This document shows positions 37,111 through 50,494 of a DNA stretch of 64,000 nt, piece by piece. Positions within the stretch are counted from its first letter, which is position 1. Each line of letters begins with the position of its first letter. The position numbers and the translations under genes were made by a program. Source of the stretch: Lama glama (taxonomy: Eukaryota); assembly GCA_028534125.1 (NCBI GenBank), contig CM052816.1:2730001-2794000 (forward strand), written 5' to 3'. Below the pieces are notes generated by a model that did not search any database, had not been told where the DNA came from, and saw only the letters and a list, made by a program, of their open reading frames with translations.

Positions 37111-37639
37111 ACCATTTACAGTGCACTGCACCTTCTCTGCTCCAGGCCACCAAATACTCCACAGATCACTGCCTTCAAAAACCACTAGAGGGTCTTTATT
37201 TGGAGTGAAATTTCTCTGAAACCACCCATAGATATTAGGTGCTTGGAAAAGAGTCCTCTGTTCACATTTCACATATCTTAAAGCTAAATATAGATTTCAC
37301 TCTTGTACAGGCTCCTGATTCATTCAAAATGTGCAACAATTTTTTTATGTGCTCAAAGGAATTTTTGTTCCAGGAGGCACCCACCAAAGCAAACATCACA
37401 TTACTCCCGATAATTGGCTACTGTTGATGACAGGTAGATGGCCTGGAGCAGGGGCAGGGAGGGAGCCGTGCAGCAAAGGCTGGGTGCAGAGGGGGACACC
37501 AGGAGGCCGTCTAGTACAGTGGTGAGTGCTCAGGCCTTGACAGCTCCACCACCTACCAGTTGTGTGACACCAGACAATCTCATCACCACTCTGGGTCGCA
37601 ATCTCCTCCTTAGTAAATAAGGAAAGGAATAGCATCTAT

Positions 37640-37840
37640 AATGTAATTGCCCAACTGCAGCACTGTTGACACTCAGGCCAGGTAATTCCCCACTGGGAGG
37701 GCCTGCTTTGTGTACTGCAGGCTGCTGAGCAGCATCCCTCATCTCTACCCACCTCACCCCAGTTGCAATGACTACAAATGTCTTCAGACATTGCCACATG
37801 TCTCCTTGGGTGCAAAATCACTGCCCGTTGAGAATCACTC
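37640..37840 (+). mobile_element. MER20-like hAT MITE
   Basis: 'gcactgttgacactcaggccaggtaattc...agcagcatccct...aaatgtcttcagacattgccacatgtctcc...gttgagaatcact'. Confidence 0.8.
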
Positions 37841-38634
37841 ATCCATCGACTGAATGAGTTGTTGTGAGGATTAAACAGAATCCTCCCTGAGAAGTGGTAG
37901 CCTGGTGCTCAATAAAGGTTTGCTAACTAAATACAAAAAACAAAGAGAGGATAAGCCCGTACAGGGATGACAATGGCGCTTAGCAGATCTGCCATTTTGT
38001 GAATTTAACCAGCCATCACTTTAGCCCAGGAACTTTCATCAGCTCCCTCTCCACCCACCCCAAGAAGCTAGGCCCTGGGTCCCCCGAGTAATGCGGGCAG
38101 AAAAGCCCTGCAAATGGGACATGACTGCCTCAGTGGATTTAATGGTGCTTTTTAAATGTGGGTAATTACGGGATCTCTTCGAAGCAAGTGCACCAGGGGC
38201 AGGAGGCTGCGGGCTCGGGGGCACCGTGGGCCCACATAGCTCAGCTCTGTTGAGCTGATGGTAATGTTATTAAATGTGCTCTCTCCTTTTATTAGGCATC
38301 TTAATAACCTCTAAGTTGCACCCAGGAGAGTTGGTGCAGAAAAGGAATTCTGGCCAACCTAATTTGTATTTGAAAATACCCCATAGGCCAACGGAACAAG
38401 ATTCAGATGAATTTCACAGGCAGCTGAGGGCTACACGAGGCGAGTGTTTCCAAATTGTACTCGACTGTTGAATGCAAAATGCCTGCCTCCCAACCTTCCC
38501 CTTCCCTGTCCTCTGCCTTCCTTTTCTGCCAATCCCCTGCCTCCCCACACATGCATATGTAACTCACACTCCAGCCGCTGGTTAACAAAGACTTAATGCC
38601 GGTGCTTCCTCAGCTGCAGTGAACCCATGATAGG

Positions 38635-38860
38635 AGAGCATACTTACTGACCATTTACTACCCTGAGCCAGATCCCGGTGGGTTCCTTAGGACAACCCAA
38701 AAGGTGACTGCTCTCGTTATCCCCATCTTACAGTTGAGGAAATTGCAGTTTGAAAAGGTTAGTATCTTGCCAGAAAGAATTACACAACTAGATAATTACA
38801 GAGCATAGACACAAATCCAAATCCATCTAACTCCCAAACTGCTGCTCCTCACCGCTGCCT
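38635..38860 (-). mobile_element. MIR SINE
   Basis: 'ttatccccatcttacagttgaggaaattgcagtttgaaaaggttagtatcttgcc'. Confidence 0.7.
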
Positions 38861-39359
38861 AACATTTTTCAATAATGGGGTGGTGACAAGGAATGAGTCC
38901 ACTGGTTAGTTCACTGGGTTTGGGTAACTGTATATTCCACACCTGTATGACGTGCTGGAAAAGACACTGCCCCCACCCTCAGAGATCTCATAACAGAAAT
39001 CACACTCAATGGAAAGGACATTTGAAAGGAATCAGGAAAGAGGAGACACAACTCACATTCATTCAACAAATATTGAGTGAGAAGCTACTGTAGTCCAGGC
39101 AGTGTTCTAGCTATGGAGGATATTGCTTTGGCCACAAATAAAGGCAATGGACTTGAGAAACATTCTAGGTATAGAATGAACCATGTGCCAGTCCTACCTG
39201 AAGAGGTAAGGAACAGAGAGAAAAGCAAAGGGGACTCAGACTTTCCTGGCACAAGAGACTGTGAGGGTGAGCAAGCCAGTAGCTGAGGCTGGAGGGTGGG
39301 ATTTGGGGAAGGAGAGAGCTCGTTTTCAGCTGTGTAAAGGCAGAGCTGTCACAAGACAT

Positions 39360-39827
39360 TGTACTAGGCCCCTGTTGCTGCTGTAACAAATAACCGTAAA
39401 TTTAGTGGCTTTAAAAAAAAAAGTATTTAATTTCTTTCAGTTTTGTCGATCAGAACTCTAAGATGAGTCTTATGGGAAAAAAAATCAAGGTGTTTACAGG
39501 GCTGGTGCCTCCTGGAGGGTTCAGGGTACAATCCGTCCCTTGCCTCTTCCAGATTCCAAAAGCCGTTGGCATGTCTTAGCTCCTGGCCACATGACTCCAC
39601 TCTTTTCCATTGTCACACAGTTATTCTCTGTCCTCCTGTGTCCCTCTTCTAACCACGATTGCAGTTCCATCATGCCCACTGGGAGAATCCTGGATAATTT
39701 TCCCATTGCAAGATCCTTAACTGAAGCACATCTGCAGAGCACTTTTTGCTATCTAAGGTAATGTTCACAGGTTCCAGAGGTTAGGACATGGACATACTTA
39801 GGGGGAGCCATTATTCAGCCTGCCATG
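39360..39827 (-). mobile_element. MaLR LTR (MLT1-type), near full length
   Basis: 'tgtactagg...gctgctgtaacaaataaccgtaaatttagtggcttt...ttcacaggttccagaggttaggacatggacatacttagggggagccattattcagcctgcca'. Confidence 0.85.
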
Positions 39828-39875
39828 AGTATTCAGGAAGAGGTGTTCTACACGTGGTTTGAAAGGTTAAGTCCA

Positions 39876-40941
39876 ACCATAAGTAAAACAAAAAGACAAC
39901 CTATGGAACGGGAGAAAATTTTTGCAAATGAAACTGACAAAGGCTTGATCTCCAAAATATATAAGCAGCTCATACAACTGAATAAGAAACAACCAAACAA
40001 CCCAATCCAAAAATGGGCAGAAGACCTAAACAAGCAATTCTCCAAGGAAGACATACAAATGATCAATAGGCACATGAAAAAATGCTCAATATCACTCATT
40101 ATCAGAGAAATACAAATCAAAACTGCAATGAGGTATCACCTCACACCGGTCAGAATGGCCATCATTCAGAAGTCCACAAATGACAAATGCTGGAGAGGCT
40201 GTGGAGAAAGGGGAAACCCTCCTACACTGCTGGTGAGAATGCAGTTTGGTGCAGCCACCGTGGAAAACAGTATGGAGATTCCTCAAAAGACTAGGAATAG
40301 ACTTACCATATGACCCAGGAATCCCACTCCTGGGCACATATCCAGAAGAAACCCTACTTCAGGATGACACCTGCATCCCAATGTTCATACTATTTACAAT
40401 AGCCAAGACATGGAGACAGCCTAAATGTCCATCAACAGATGACTGGATAAACAAGAGGTGGTATATTTATACAATGGAATACTATTCAGCCATAAGAAAT
40501 GATAAAATGATGCCATTTGCAGCAACGTGGATGGACCTAGTGATTGTCATTCTAAGTGAAGTAAGCCAGAAAGAGAAAGAAAAATACCATATGAGATCGC
40601 TCATGTGTAGAATCTAAAAAAAAAAAAACAAAACCCAAAAACAAACAAACAAAGCATAAATACAAAACAGAAACAGACTCATAGACATAGAATACAAACT
40701 TGTGGTTGCCAAGGGGGTGGAGGGTGGGAAGGGATAGATGGGATTTCAAAATTGTAGAATAGATAAACAAGATTATATTGTATAGCACAGGGAAATATAC
40801 ACAAAATCTTATGGTAACTCACAGAGAAAAAAATGTGACAATGTATATATAGATGTTCATGTATAACTGAAAAATTGTGCTCTACACTAGAATTTGACAC
40901 AACATTGTAAAATGATTATAGATCAGTAAAAAATTTAAAAA
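39876..40941 (+). mobile_element. 5'-truncated young L1 (ORF2 C-terminus plus 3'UTR)
   Basis: Perfect 14-bp TSD aaaggttaagtcca (39862-39875 / 40942-40955); ORF2 peptide [11 protein letters not shown]...[13 protein letters not shown]. Confidence 0.97.
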
Positions 40942-43234
40942 AAAGGTTAAGTCCAGAACTTAGGGGAAATAGCATTGATTCATTTACTCATTCAACCATT
41001 CAATAACCATTTATTAAGCATTTCCTATTGTGTCCAGAAGACAATCACACCCAAAGAGTTGATTTGAGACTCACCTCCATAGCTCACAGGTGATGGGTGT
41101 CTAGAGAGTGAAAAGCAGAGAACTGAAGAAACCATTTTGGGGAAACCTACCCACTTCTGGAACAGACAGGAAAAGGAGAACCATTGCGAACTTGGCCAGC
41201 ACCATGTAGACACATATGTTTGTATTATATGGGTGACTACAGGTGATGACATATATATTCAGGGAATGTGATTTCACAACATGCTGACTGGCGGCAGGAT
41301 CAGGGAGGAATTCAAATAGATTCTTTTTGAGCTACAGCATCTCTGGAAAGTCTGTTCTCCAGGCTCCGATCGCCACTAGTGACTGTGGTTCTGGCCTGTT
41401 CTTTCCTCTCCTTTTCTCAGCCAAGTGCAGCCATTAAGCCCTTCACATCCAATCGCTAAAGCCTGGGCTCTTGGCCGGCCCAGTAATGGAGGCAGCAAGA
41501 ATTTAATCCATGGCAGCCTCAGGTGCAGAAAGATGATACTAAATATTTCATTCCTGGGATGATGGGAATGGAAGCCCCTGGAGAGGATCTGGCTGAATCT
41601 TTTAAGTGAGCCTTTCCAGGAATCCATTGGGTAACCGTGCTATTGGCAATAATGACTGCCACTCGGGCCTCAGATTCCCAATGGGAGGGGAAGCAGCATT
41701 AATATGCAACAGTGCTAAAAAGCGAGCTCCAACTCTGGTTCTAAGAAATTAAATTTTTTTTTTTAACTCTGCTTTCTTGTCACCTCTTTGGAGCCAAAAG
41801 ACATTTGTCACCCATTTTTCCCTTTTTTATTTTTCATAAAGAGCCAAACAAAAGGAGACTAAAAAGATCTAACAAAGAGAAATCATTTCAGGTACATTTC
41901 TTCACGTCAGGAAATTACCTGCTTTGGCTTACATCTTAAACTCCTCTCAGTCTATAAGAGCTAGCACGAGAAGACAGTAAGTGTTACTCACAATGGACAA
42001 GAGAAAAACATGCATTATCTGGGTGGGAAATTGCATAGATTGTGTTGGTAAGTAAATACAATTTGTTAAGCACTGAAGTATGGAAATGAAAAAAGAGACT
42101 ATTTTTCCTTAAAAAAATAAAGTGTTTTGAAAAACTGGATTAGATTTTTTTTCATTACTCCTCACAAAATTGAAAACAGATGGTATGTGCTATAGACTTT
42201 AAAAAAACAAAACAAAACAGAGAAAGTGAAAAAGGTCAGTTGCAGTGTAACAGGGAGGTAAGATGACCTGAAATATGACCCCTTTGCCCTTAAGACCTGA
42301 ATTCAGATCTGGTTTGTGACTCTGAGTCGGAGCTGCTGCAGACCCTGAAGGAATGAGGTGGGAACTGGATGGAAGTCAAAGGACTGGGAGCAGGAAGTTG
42401 GGCTCCTACAGGCACCTGGAGGTGCCCACCTCACCTCTCCGCCCTAACTCTGCCATCCTTCCAGAGAAAGCTCCGGCAGGAAGCTGCACTATGCAACCCA
42501 GCGTCTTCTGCCTCCTCTGAACCTCCTGACTAGCTGGACCATACTCTGTGTCATGGATTTTGCTTCCTTCCTTGAGGGGCAGTTGGGCGCTAACTATTAG
42601 GAGCAAGCATGATTCCTTCCCCTGCCCCCTCAACTATTCCTTGCTCCATAATTTAGCCTGAGGTTGGCTTCACACGCAGGCAGAGCATATTTGTAACTTC
42701 CACGTTTCCCATGGAGTGTTAAGCACTAAAGGCAGTGTGAGGGATGACCTCAGATGGCAGTACGTAGATTTTCTCTAAAGAGAAAACATTACAAATGGTA
42801 AGCATTACTGCATGCTAAATAGAAAGCATTTTCTACTTAGTATTGATGACATTACTTTGTGTCCTAGAAACATATATATTAAGAAACTCTCAAAAATATA
42901 CCCTCATGGCTATAAAATATAAATGTACATCGGTTTCCAAAAATGAATTAACATAGAAAAATAGGCAAGTGTTCACATGAAATTTAGATATGGAAAAAAA
43001 TCATGAAGATGCTGGGCAGACTGAAGTGTCGGAAAACACTGCCCTGTGTCGTTTAGCACAATACCTTTTATATTATCCAACAATTATTTGTCAGTTGAGT
43101 GTTTCTCAAGCACTGTTGTTCACTTATTATTATCATAATACTTTTTTAATCTTGAAAAAAAGTCTCAAGAAGAGTATCATTTGACAGAACAAAGAAATAG
43201 AAGCTTTCAAAGCAATGACATTTTGTTGTCTATC

Positions 43235-43450
43235 TTGATAGTCAAGGCAATGAGCTCTGGAGGAAGAGCAGGCCTCTGTTTATGTTCTGGCTCTGTTACT
43301 TTCTAGCAGAACTTCTAAGTGTAAATAATTATGTGTTCAGTGCCTCAGTGAAACTGTTATGAGGAAGAAATTGAATGATGCTTGCAAAGTTCTAGCTTGG
43401 TGTCTGGCACATAGAAAGAGCCCAGCATATACGGTAGCTGTTACTATTAA
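43235..43450 (+). mobile_element. MIR SINE
   Basis: 'gttctggctctgttactttctagc...ctgttatgaggaagaaattgaatgatgcttgcaaag...tgtctggcacatag'. Confidence 0.65.
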
Positions 43451-43619
43451 CAATAATAGTAGCATCAACAATGACAAAATGTGACATTTGTATGGAAACC
43501 CATGTCTTTTAAGGGGCTTTTATCCAACCTTTAGCATTTAGTCAACCCACAGTCTACCGGGTACCAAATACTGTGCAAGACTGGGGGCTGCCACCGTGGA
43601 ATGAGAAATGATGGCTTCA

Positions 43620-43880
43620 GGGTAGGCAGGGTAGGGAAACAGACTCTAGAATCAGGCTGCCTATTTTCAAGTCCAAGCTTTGCTACCTCTAGTTGTGTGG
43701 CCTTAGGCAAGTGACTTACCTTTCCATGCCTCAGTTTTCTCATCTGTAAAATAGGGCTAAAATAATAAGCCGCTCGTAGGGTGGTTGTGAGGATTAAATG
43801 AGTCTGGGTGTGTAAAGTACATCAACATTATCAGAAAGGTATCTGCACACAGTACACTCAATTTGTTTTAGCTTTCATTG
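43620..43880 (+). mobile_element. MIR SINE
   Basis: 'tgtgtggccttaggcaagtgacttacctttccatgcctcagttttctcatctgtaaaatagg...ggttgtgaggattaaatgag'. Confidence 0.9.
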
Positions 43881-44194
43881 TAGTTCTTGACCTCACAAGG
43901 CTACCATACAGTCTTCCACTTTCCTTAAATGAGCAGCTCCTTTCCAAACTATGTATTTGCCACAAATTATACCCAAGCGCTAATTCAGAGACAAAGGTGT
44001 AGCCACACAAAGATGTCTGAGGTTTATCTACTGAGAACATTTTACCACTGAGCTCAATCAATTACTTCACATAGACTCAGATCAAGCTAGCTTCAGAATT
44101 GGAGTAGAAGGTCACCTACAGCACGTATTCTCCCAGTCACTAGGAAAATTTCCACCACCATCCTCTACACCTAGACACTAGAGCAAGCATAGAT

Positions 44195-44231
44195 ACAGAC
44201 ACAGACACACACACACACACACACACACACA
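44195..44231. repeat. (AC)13 microsatellite with an imperfect acag/acac 5' extension
   Basis: Pure AC repeat at 44205-44230. Confidence 0.95.
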
Positions 44232-45269
44232 ACTTTCTATTGAGTAAAATTTCTTTATTGAAAGGTGGTTATTAATATAAACATTAAACAAAACAACTGC
44301 ATGCTTCACACTTGAACCTGAGGCCAATTTGGAGCATGCCTGGACATGGACCCTTCTGTAGGAATAAGACTGGTCCTCCAAACGCATACACACTCTCTGT
44401 GCAGACCCAGGAAGAAATATAAAGAGCCTGATTTTTTTTTCAACCTAACCTTTCTGTTTTTCGCCCTTATGGAAAATTCAGACAGACAAAATCCGAATGG
44501 TCAGATTCAACATGTAGATACCAAAGCTGCATGAACCCACTCCAGAAAGCGTTAGACCACCCATCCTCTTGACATGTGAAGCCATCGAGTGAAGACATTC
44601 CAAGCAGAAACTGTGATTGCTCCCCCTGATGGAAATAACTGCTTCAATCCAGGCTGGGCCAATGCAGCCCCAGACGTAAAGGTGATGAAGGGCTGTTTCA
44701 AAGCCCAAAGTCTTGCTTCAGGACCATTCAGAAAACACTGCTGGCTAGGGAGCCATCATACACACACGGCAATGAAATATTACCCCTAATTGAGTGGGCC
44801 ATTTGAGAATGCAACCAAGAGCATGCCCAGAGTCAGCACTCCCCTTTACAACTCCCCAAGCCCCTCCGGGGTTAGTATCCATTTAAAGAAAGAGGTGGGG
44901 GGGGGACCACTTTCATCACTTAAGTGTAAATGAATCAAAGCATGATATGGATAGAGAGGGGAGCAGTTAGTTTCCCCCGATGATTGATCTGCTGGAGGAA
45001 ATGAAGGGCTGTTCATTCCAGATCTGGTGCTCCTAAAACACACTGATGGGCCATTGATTCCAGACTTCTCCCAAATTCCACAGATCCTGGAGGATAGCCA
45101 GGAGTTCCACTGGAGTGAAAGATACAGGAGAGTTGGTGGCCTTTAAAAATGAGAAAGCTTCGGATGCCTCACATGTGGTCACCAAGGGCAAGCTAACTTG
45201 ATCTCTAAGTCATTCTTCAAAATTGCATTCAGAAGATTCTTGGAGGAACTAATTCCAAAACCACGTCTG

Positions 45270-45570
45270 AAAAGCCAGGTATCTCCCAACACGAAAGAGG
45301 CACGCTGGAGTCAGCTGTAGCTAATGGTTTGCTTTTCTTTGGCTCAGACAGCGTTTTGCTGTTTTCATTTTAAGGAATTGTCATATTTAAAAATCAGGAT
45401 ATTTCATTGGGATTTTGCATCTCTTGAAGATCGTGGGGCCCTCTGTGTCCACGCGAAGAGAGTCAGCTGCAGCCGAGCAGCAGTCACCTCTTCCTACAGC
45501 CCCTGTGACCTCTACCTGGTCTCCTTAACACATCTGTGTTAACTGTGGCCTGGACTTTGCAACTGCTGTT
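45270..45570. mobile_element. Old hAT-Charlie MITE (MER102-like), tentative
   Basis: 'atatttaaaaatcaggatatttca...gattttgcatctcttgaagatcgtggggccct...tttgcaactgctg'. Confidence 0.4.
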
Positions 45571-46004
45571 AGGAAGTTGCCCTGGTGCCTGTGAAAACAG
45601 AAACCAATTCTGATCCTCTGGGCCTGAACAAGAATCTATGTTATGAACTGAATGTAAATAAAGTAAAAAAAGTAGCTCCAACTGGCTTGACGTGAAACCT
45701 CACCCAACAGAAGCCTCATGCTGGGTGGTGACAAACTGGCCCATTTAGACCTTCTTTCTTGGCAAGTGTGGCATGTCTGTGAGGCAGCCTCGGCTGGCTC
45801 TCAGTTTTCCATGAGGCCTGCTGTATATCCCAGTCTTGAAAGTACCAGAATCCAGAACGGCCTGTCCACTGAGGGTCGCTAAACTTTGCAATAAACTCTG
45901 TTTCTGAAGAGAGTCTAAGCTGATTTCTTTTTAGCAATATTAAACGCAAAAATATGTGCCTTCTGCGTATCTCAGAGCTCACCAACACAGGGTAATACTG
46001 CTTC

Positions 46005-46255
46005 ATGAGAAAACACAGTAGGAAGGCGAGAAGCAGGCTGTCTAGAATCCAAATGGTTAATAACGAGCCCACATTTTGGCCTTTGCCAAGTGATCTTGGG
46101 TAAGTCCCTTTACCTCCCTGAGCCACTGTCTCCTCTTACGCAGAAGGAAACCAATACCCACATCACAGAGTTGTAGTACTAATAGCAATGCATGTAAAAA
46201 TGCTTAATACAGCACTTGCTTATATAACATATATATATAACTTCATAAATATTAG
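46005..46255 (+). mobile_element. MIR SINE
   Basis: 'gtgatcttgggtaagtccctttacctccctgagccactgtctcctc...catgtaaaaatgcttaatacagcac'. Confidence 0.7.
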
Positions 46256-46859
46256 GTTAAAAAAATGAAATCTGTAATATGAAAAATTTCCTCTATAACT
46301 TGTTTAAACCTTTCACTTTAGCTTTCCTGCTCCTCCCATGGGCTACCAAAATATGACTCGTGTAGCTCTACTTTTGTCTCCAGAACTCCTCTCTCCATGG
46401 AATACTCTCCTTTTTTTCCCTCTGCATTTAACTGACTCTAATATATGGATATTAAAGCTTAATTCAAGTTCCACCTTCCCCACAAAGCCTTCCCTGACTT
46501 CCCCAAGCATAGCATGAACTACCGTCCTTCTGTAATCCAACCTGTGAACTGGTGGATATTTCAAAACTGCCCAGACCACTGCAGTGAAAATGATATTGTT
46601 GTTCAGCAGCACAGCCACCTGAACATGGCAACAAGAAAGAATGATGTCCAGCTTGTCCGCCTCCCATCACCATCGCGTCTGGGGCTGTGTATTATGACAT
46701 GGATGCTTCACATTGCTCACATTGCTCAATTTAGAGGCATTTCCCCTCAAAACTCCCTGTAGTAAATTTTTTATACTAACAGCTAATGTCTGCTTCCCAG
46801 GCACGGTAGCTACTGACCCAGACATGATAAAATTGAAGGATATTAAAATAAGAATTTTA

Positions 46860-47560
46860 AAACATCTCTGATGGGGGATAAAGCAATGAAAGTAAAGCCA
46901 ACAGGACTTGTTGCTGGATTCGTTTGGGGGTGTGAAGGAAGGAGCAACCAAGGATGAATCCTAGGTCTGGAGATTAAACAACTGAGCAAATGGTGGGCTC
47001 CTTCCTGACACAGGAGACATGGAGGGAAATGTGGGGATTTTCTTAGGAAAATCAAGGAAATAGGGAAATCAAGGGTTCTGGCCATGTTAAGTTAGAAGTG
47101 TGTTATCAGACATGCAAAAGGACCAATGAAGAGAACAAGTGTATGAGTCTGGCACTCAGGAGAGACACTGAAGTTAGAAATACAAATTTGTGAGTCATTA
47201 GTATAGAGATGATATTTAAAGCCATGGATCAGATTATCTAGGGAGTAAGAATAGAGAGAAAAAAAAAAAAAGAAGAGGGCTGAAGAGAGAGCTCTGAAGG
47301 CAACCAACCAGAGAAAGAAGAGGTAGCCAATGAGGTGGGAGGAACACCAGGAGACTGTAGCATAGCACAAGCCATATGGAGAAAGTATTTCAAGAGGAAG
47401 GAGGCGTGGTCAACTGTGACAAACACTGCCGACAGGATGAGCAAGAGGAGGTTTACCAGTCATTTACTATAACAAGATGGCAGCCATTGGGCTGTTGACC
47501 AGAAAGTTTCAGTGCAATGATGAAGATCAAAGCGTGACTAGAGAGGAAGGAGAAAGTGGT
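46860..47560 (-). mobile_element. L2 LINE internal fragment
   Basis: 'gagtctggcactcaggagagacactgaagttagaaatacaaatttgtgagtcattagtatagagatgatatttaaagccatgga...ggtcaactgtgacaaacactgcc'. Confidence 0.8.
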
Positions 47561-48099
47561 AAATACAACACAGTAGATTCTTCTGAGATGTTTAGCAAAA
47601 AGGGGAGGAGCTATGTGTGTGGTTAACCGTCCACAAAGGACAAAAGCAGAAGCAGGAGGACCAGCTGGAGGCCATTAAAATTGTCTAAGTAACAGAAGAA
47701 GCTGACCTTTCAGATATAAGATGGCTACCCAATTCCACTAAAACCTAAAAAATAAAACAGTTGTGCTGCCAATATTTTGGCATAATGGAAGGGTTGAGGG
47801 CATAATTTTGAAGAATAACTCAAGAATATGAAAAATAAAGAGAAGCTCAGATGATCTAATCAAACTCGATTGTCACGCAACTGCCATTTTCGGTAGAGAA
47901 ACTGAGGCTAATGAGATAAAATTATACGTCCAAAGGTGGAAAACCTATCTGTGTAAAAACAAAACAAGAAACTGGGATGCCTGGTTTATACTCTGCCCCC
48001 ATACCACAGTGTTCCTCCTGTGGGCACCCATAGTACCTCAAACCCATTCAACCAGAGTCAAGAGGAAGACACTTTTGCGTCATGGAGGCAGACATTTCA

Positions 48100-48320
48100 A
48101 AGTAAAGTTTAAAAACATGAGTTTTAGGCTCCAGTTCATACTTGGCCAGCTAGCATCTCCCTCACCTTCGTCAAGTTATTTGCCTTCTCTGAGCCTGTTT
48201 ATTCATTCGTAAAATGGAGGTAATCATACCTTCTTCATAGGGGTTTTACAGGGATGAACTGAACTAATGTACATAAAATCAGAATGCCAGGCATATAGTA
48301 AGAACTTAATAAATGATAGG
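48100..48320 (+). mobile_element. MIR SINE
   Basis: 'caagttatttgccttctctgagcctgtttattcattcgtaaaatggaggtaatcataccttcttcatagggg'. Confidence 0.75.
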
Positions 48321-48689
48321 CAATGGAATGATTTTTTTTTTTTTTGCCTTTTATCTATGGTAGTTCGGGTTTAAATCCAGAGACTAAACTCAAATCCCTC
48401 TGAAGAATCTTAACAATTGAGAATGACTGGGAAGAGACATGCCAAGCTGGGAAAAGGTCATGACCAAAGCCATGAGGGTAGGTATGATAGCAGGTCATGT
48501 CTGGGGGAGAGTGTACAACACTAAACGATGACAAAACATCAACTAGAGACTCACATCACAGAGTGACAAAAGGAAATTCAAATTCACGTGGATACCGAGT
48601 TTAATTTTTTGGAAAACGCTCGTCTGTGACATCTGGGGATTTTTCTGTGATTCATAAAGCACAGCCATGCGCATCTGAGTCCCCAGCCC

Positions 48690-48830
48690 TCAAGATAAAC
48701 CAGGCAATTACTGTTATGACTATGCCCATTTTAGAGATAAATAGATGAGGCTAAGAGAGATTAAGAAACTTACTCGAGGCCTTGAAATCTAATAAGTGCC
48801 AAGACGCAGACTAAAGCTCAGGTCTTCAGA
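48690..48830 (-). mobile_element. MIR SINE
   Basis: 'tatgcccattttagagataaatagatgaggctaagagagattaagaaacttactcgaggcc'. Confidence 0.7.
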
Positions 48831-50144
48831 ATTTTCCATTTAGGTGTCTGATTACTGGAAGGAGCCTAAGTGCGGCTTCTGTAGCATTTGATGATTTTAT
48901 GATGTGCTTTGGGATTTATGGATGTTATTTCGTTGGTACCTCTCCACCTCATAATCCCCATGGCAGTGTCTGCCTTTTGTCTATGAAGCGTACAAAAGCG
49001 CCCAGAGGTTGTTAAGTGGTGGGTGCACCCAATAAATACATAAATCATAAAAATACAAAGAGCGTATGATGGCTGGTTTCCTTTCTGACAAATCTGTTTC
49101 CTTCCTGACAAGAGATGCTGCCCTGTGGTTCCTCATGTGGGGAAATAAATGTCATAAGTTATCAGCCATTTAGTATTATGCCTCGTATGCACCTAGAGTC
49201 CTGGGGGGATTTACATTTCAAATCGAGGCACATCATCTACGACGGCTGGCCCAGCCCTGTGCACAGGCAAAGCCGGTGGATCCTTCTAGGAGGTTATTTA
49301 AGAGCCCTCAAAAGTGTCTTTCCTGTCCCCAAAATACTTTCTCTCACTGTCTTGACTGTCTCTAGAATTTCCACTTCTGCGTCGATCTTTGAGTTTATTA
49401 AAGGCTAATCCCTCCTTTATTCCAGAAATACCTTTGAGCTACGAGGTATCAGGCACTGTGCTAGGTGTGGAAGATGCAGCTTGAGCAGGACAAAGACCTC
49501 ACCCTCATGGAGCTTTCACGCCACTGAGGGGTGAAAGGGTGGATGGGTGGCAGAGTTAGGAGACAGGAAATAAACAAACATATAATATTGGTAAAATGCC
49601 TCCATTCAACAAATATGCATTAAAGTGCCAACTATGTGCTAGGTTAGCATAGGTCCTGAGGGAGTTTACTCAGGAGATCATTTGGAATAATTTAATTTGT
49701 CAGATTAGCTAGCTAAGTCACCAACAACCTCAAAGAAATTCAGATTCTGGCAAGCCATGGATAGTTTCTGGTCTCTCTGCGTCTCCCCTCCCTGTCCCTG
49801 AAATCATCTGGTCCAGCTCCATCAACCAGAACCAGTCGGTCCTCACCACACACGGATGGAAAGGGTTTAAGCAATGTCAACATCCAACTCTTGGGAATTC
49901 CCTCCCAAATTACCCTGATAACTGAGCTTCCTTCGTTTGCTCAAAAAGCATCCCTGAGTGTCTGCTATGTATTAAGTATTAAAGATACAAAGATGCATGA
50001 GATAACCCCTACTCTAAAGACCTCACAGCCTCTAGTAAGAAGACAAACAAGTGAAAAATAAACAAATTGTAGCCCCGATGCTGAAGTCTATTATTACTCA
50101 CAGACTTCCCTGCTATTCCTTCTAAATAAATTCACGGTCTAGAC

Positions 50145-50355
50145 TCCCACTGGTCTAGCACAGGCTTTTTTGTAATGATGGAAATGTTCTAAATATATGC
50201 TGTCAAATACAGCAGCCACTTTCCACATTCTTAATGAGTTGAAATGTAGCTAGTGTAAGCAAGGAACTGAATCTTATAAAAATTTATTTTAATTAATTTA
50301 AATTTAAGTCTAAGTAATTACGTGGAGTTAGTTGCTACCACATTGAACCGTGCAG
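50145..50355. mobile_element. MER3-like hAT MITE
   Basis: 'tgtaatgatggaaatgttcta...gctgtcaaatacagcagccact...ggaactgaat...gctaccacattgaaccgtgcag'; 8-bp TSD gtctagac (50137-50144) / gtctagaa (50356-50363) fits the NTCTAGAN target. Confidence 0.85.
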
Positions 50356-50494
50356 GTCTAGAAATAGGAATGTTTCCAGTGTGGGCAAGCCTTAATCTGA
50401 GATCTTTGAATCCAGGGTCTATGAGGGTATATGGTTCTGATGGCAGACTCACCAAAAATGTTGCGATTTTTCTGAAAGTTTGCTTGTATTTTTC

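Noticed and set aside
39825..40617. 162-aa and 123-aa ORFs as genes
   Set aside because: They are frameshifted ORF2 pieces of a 5'-truncated L1 bounded by a TSD.
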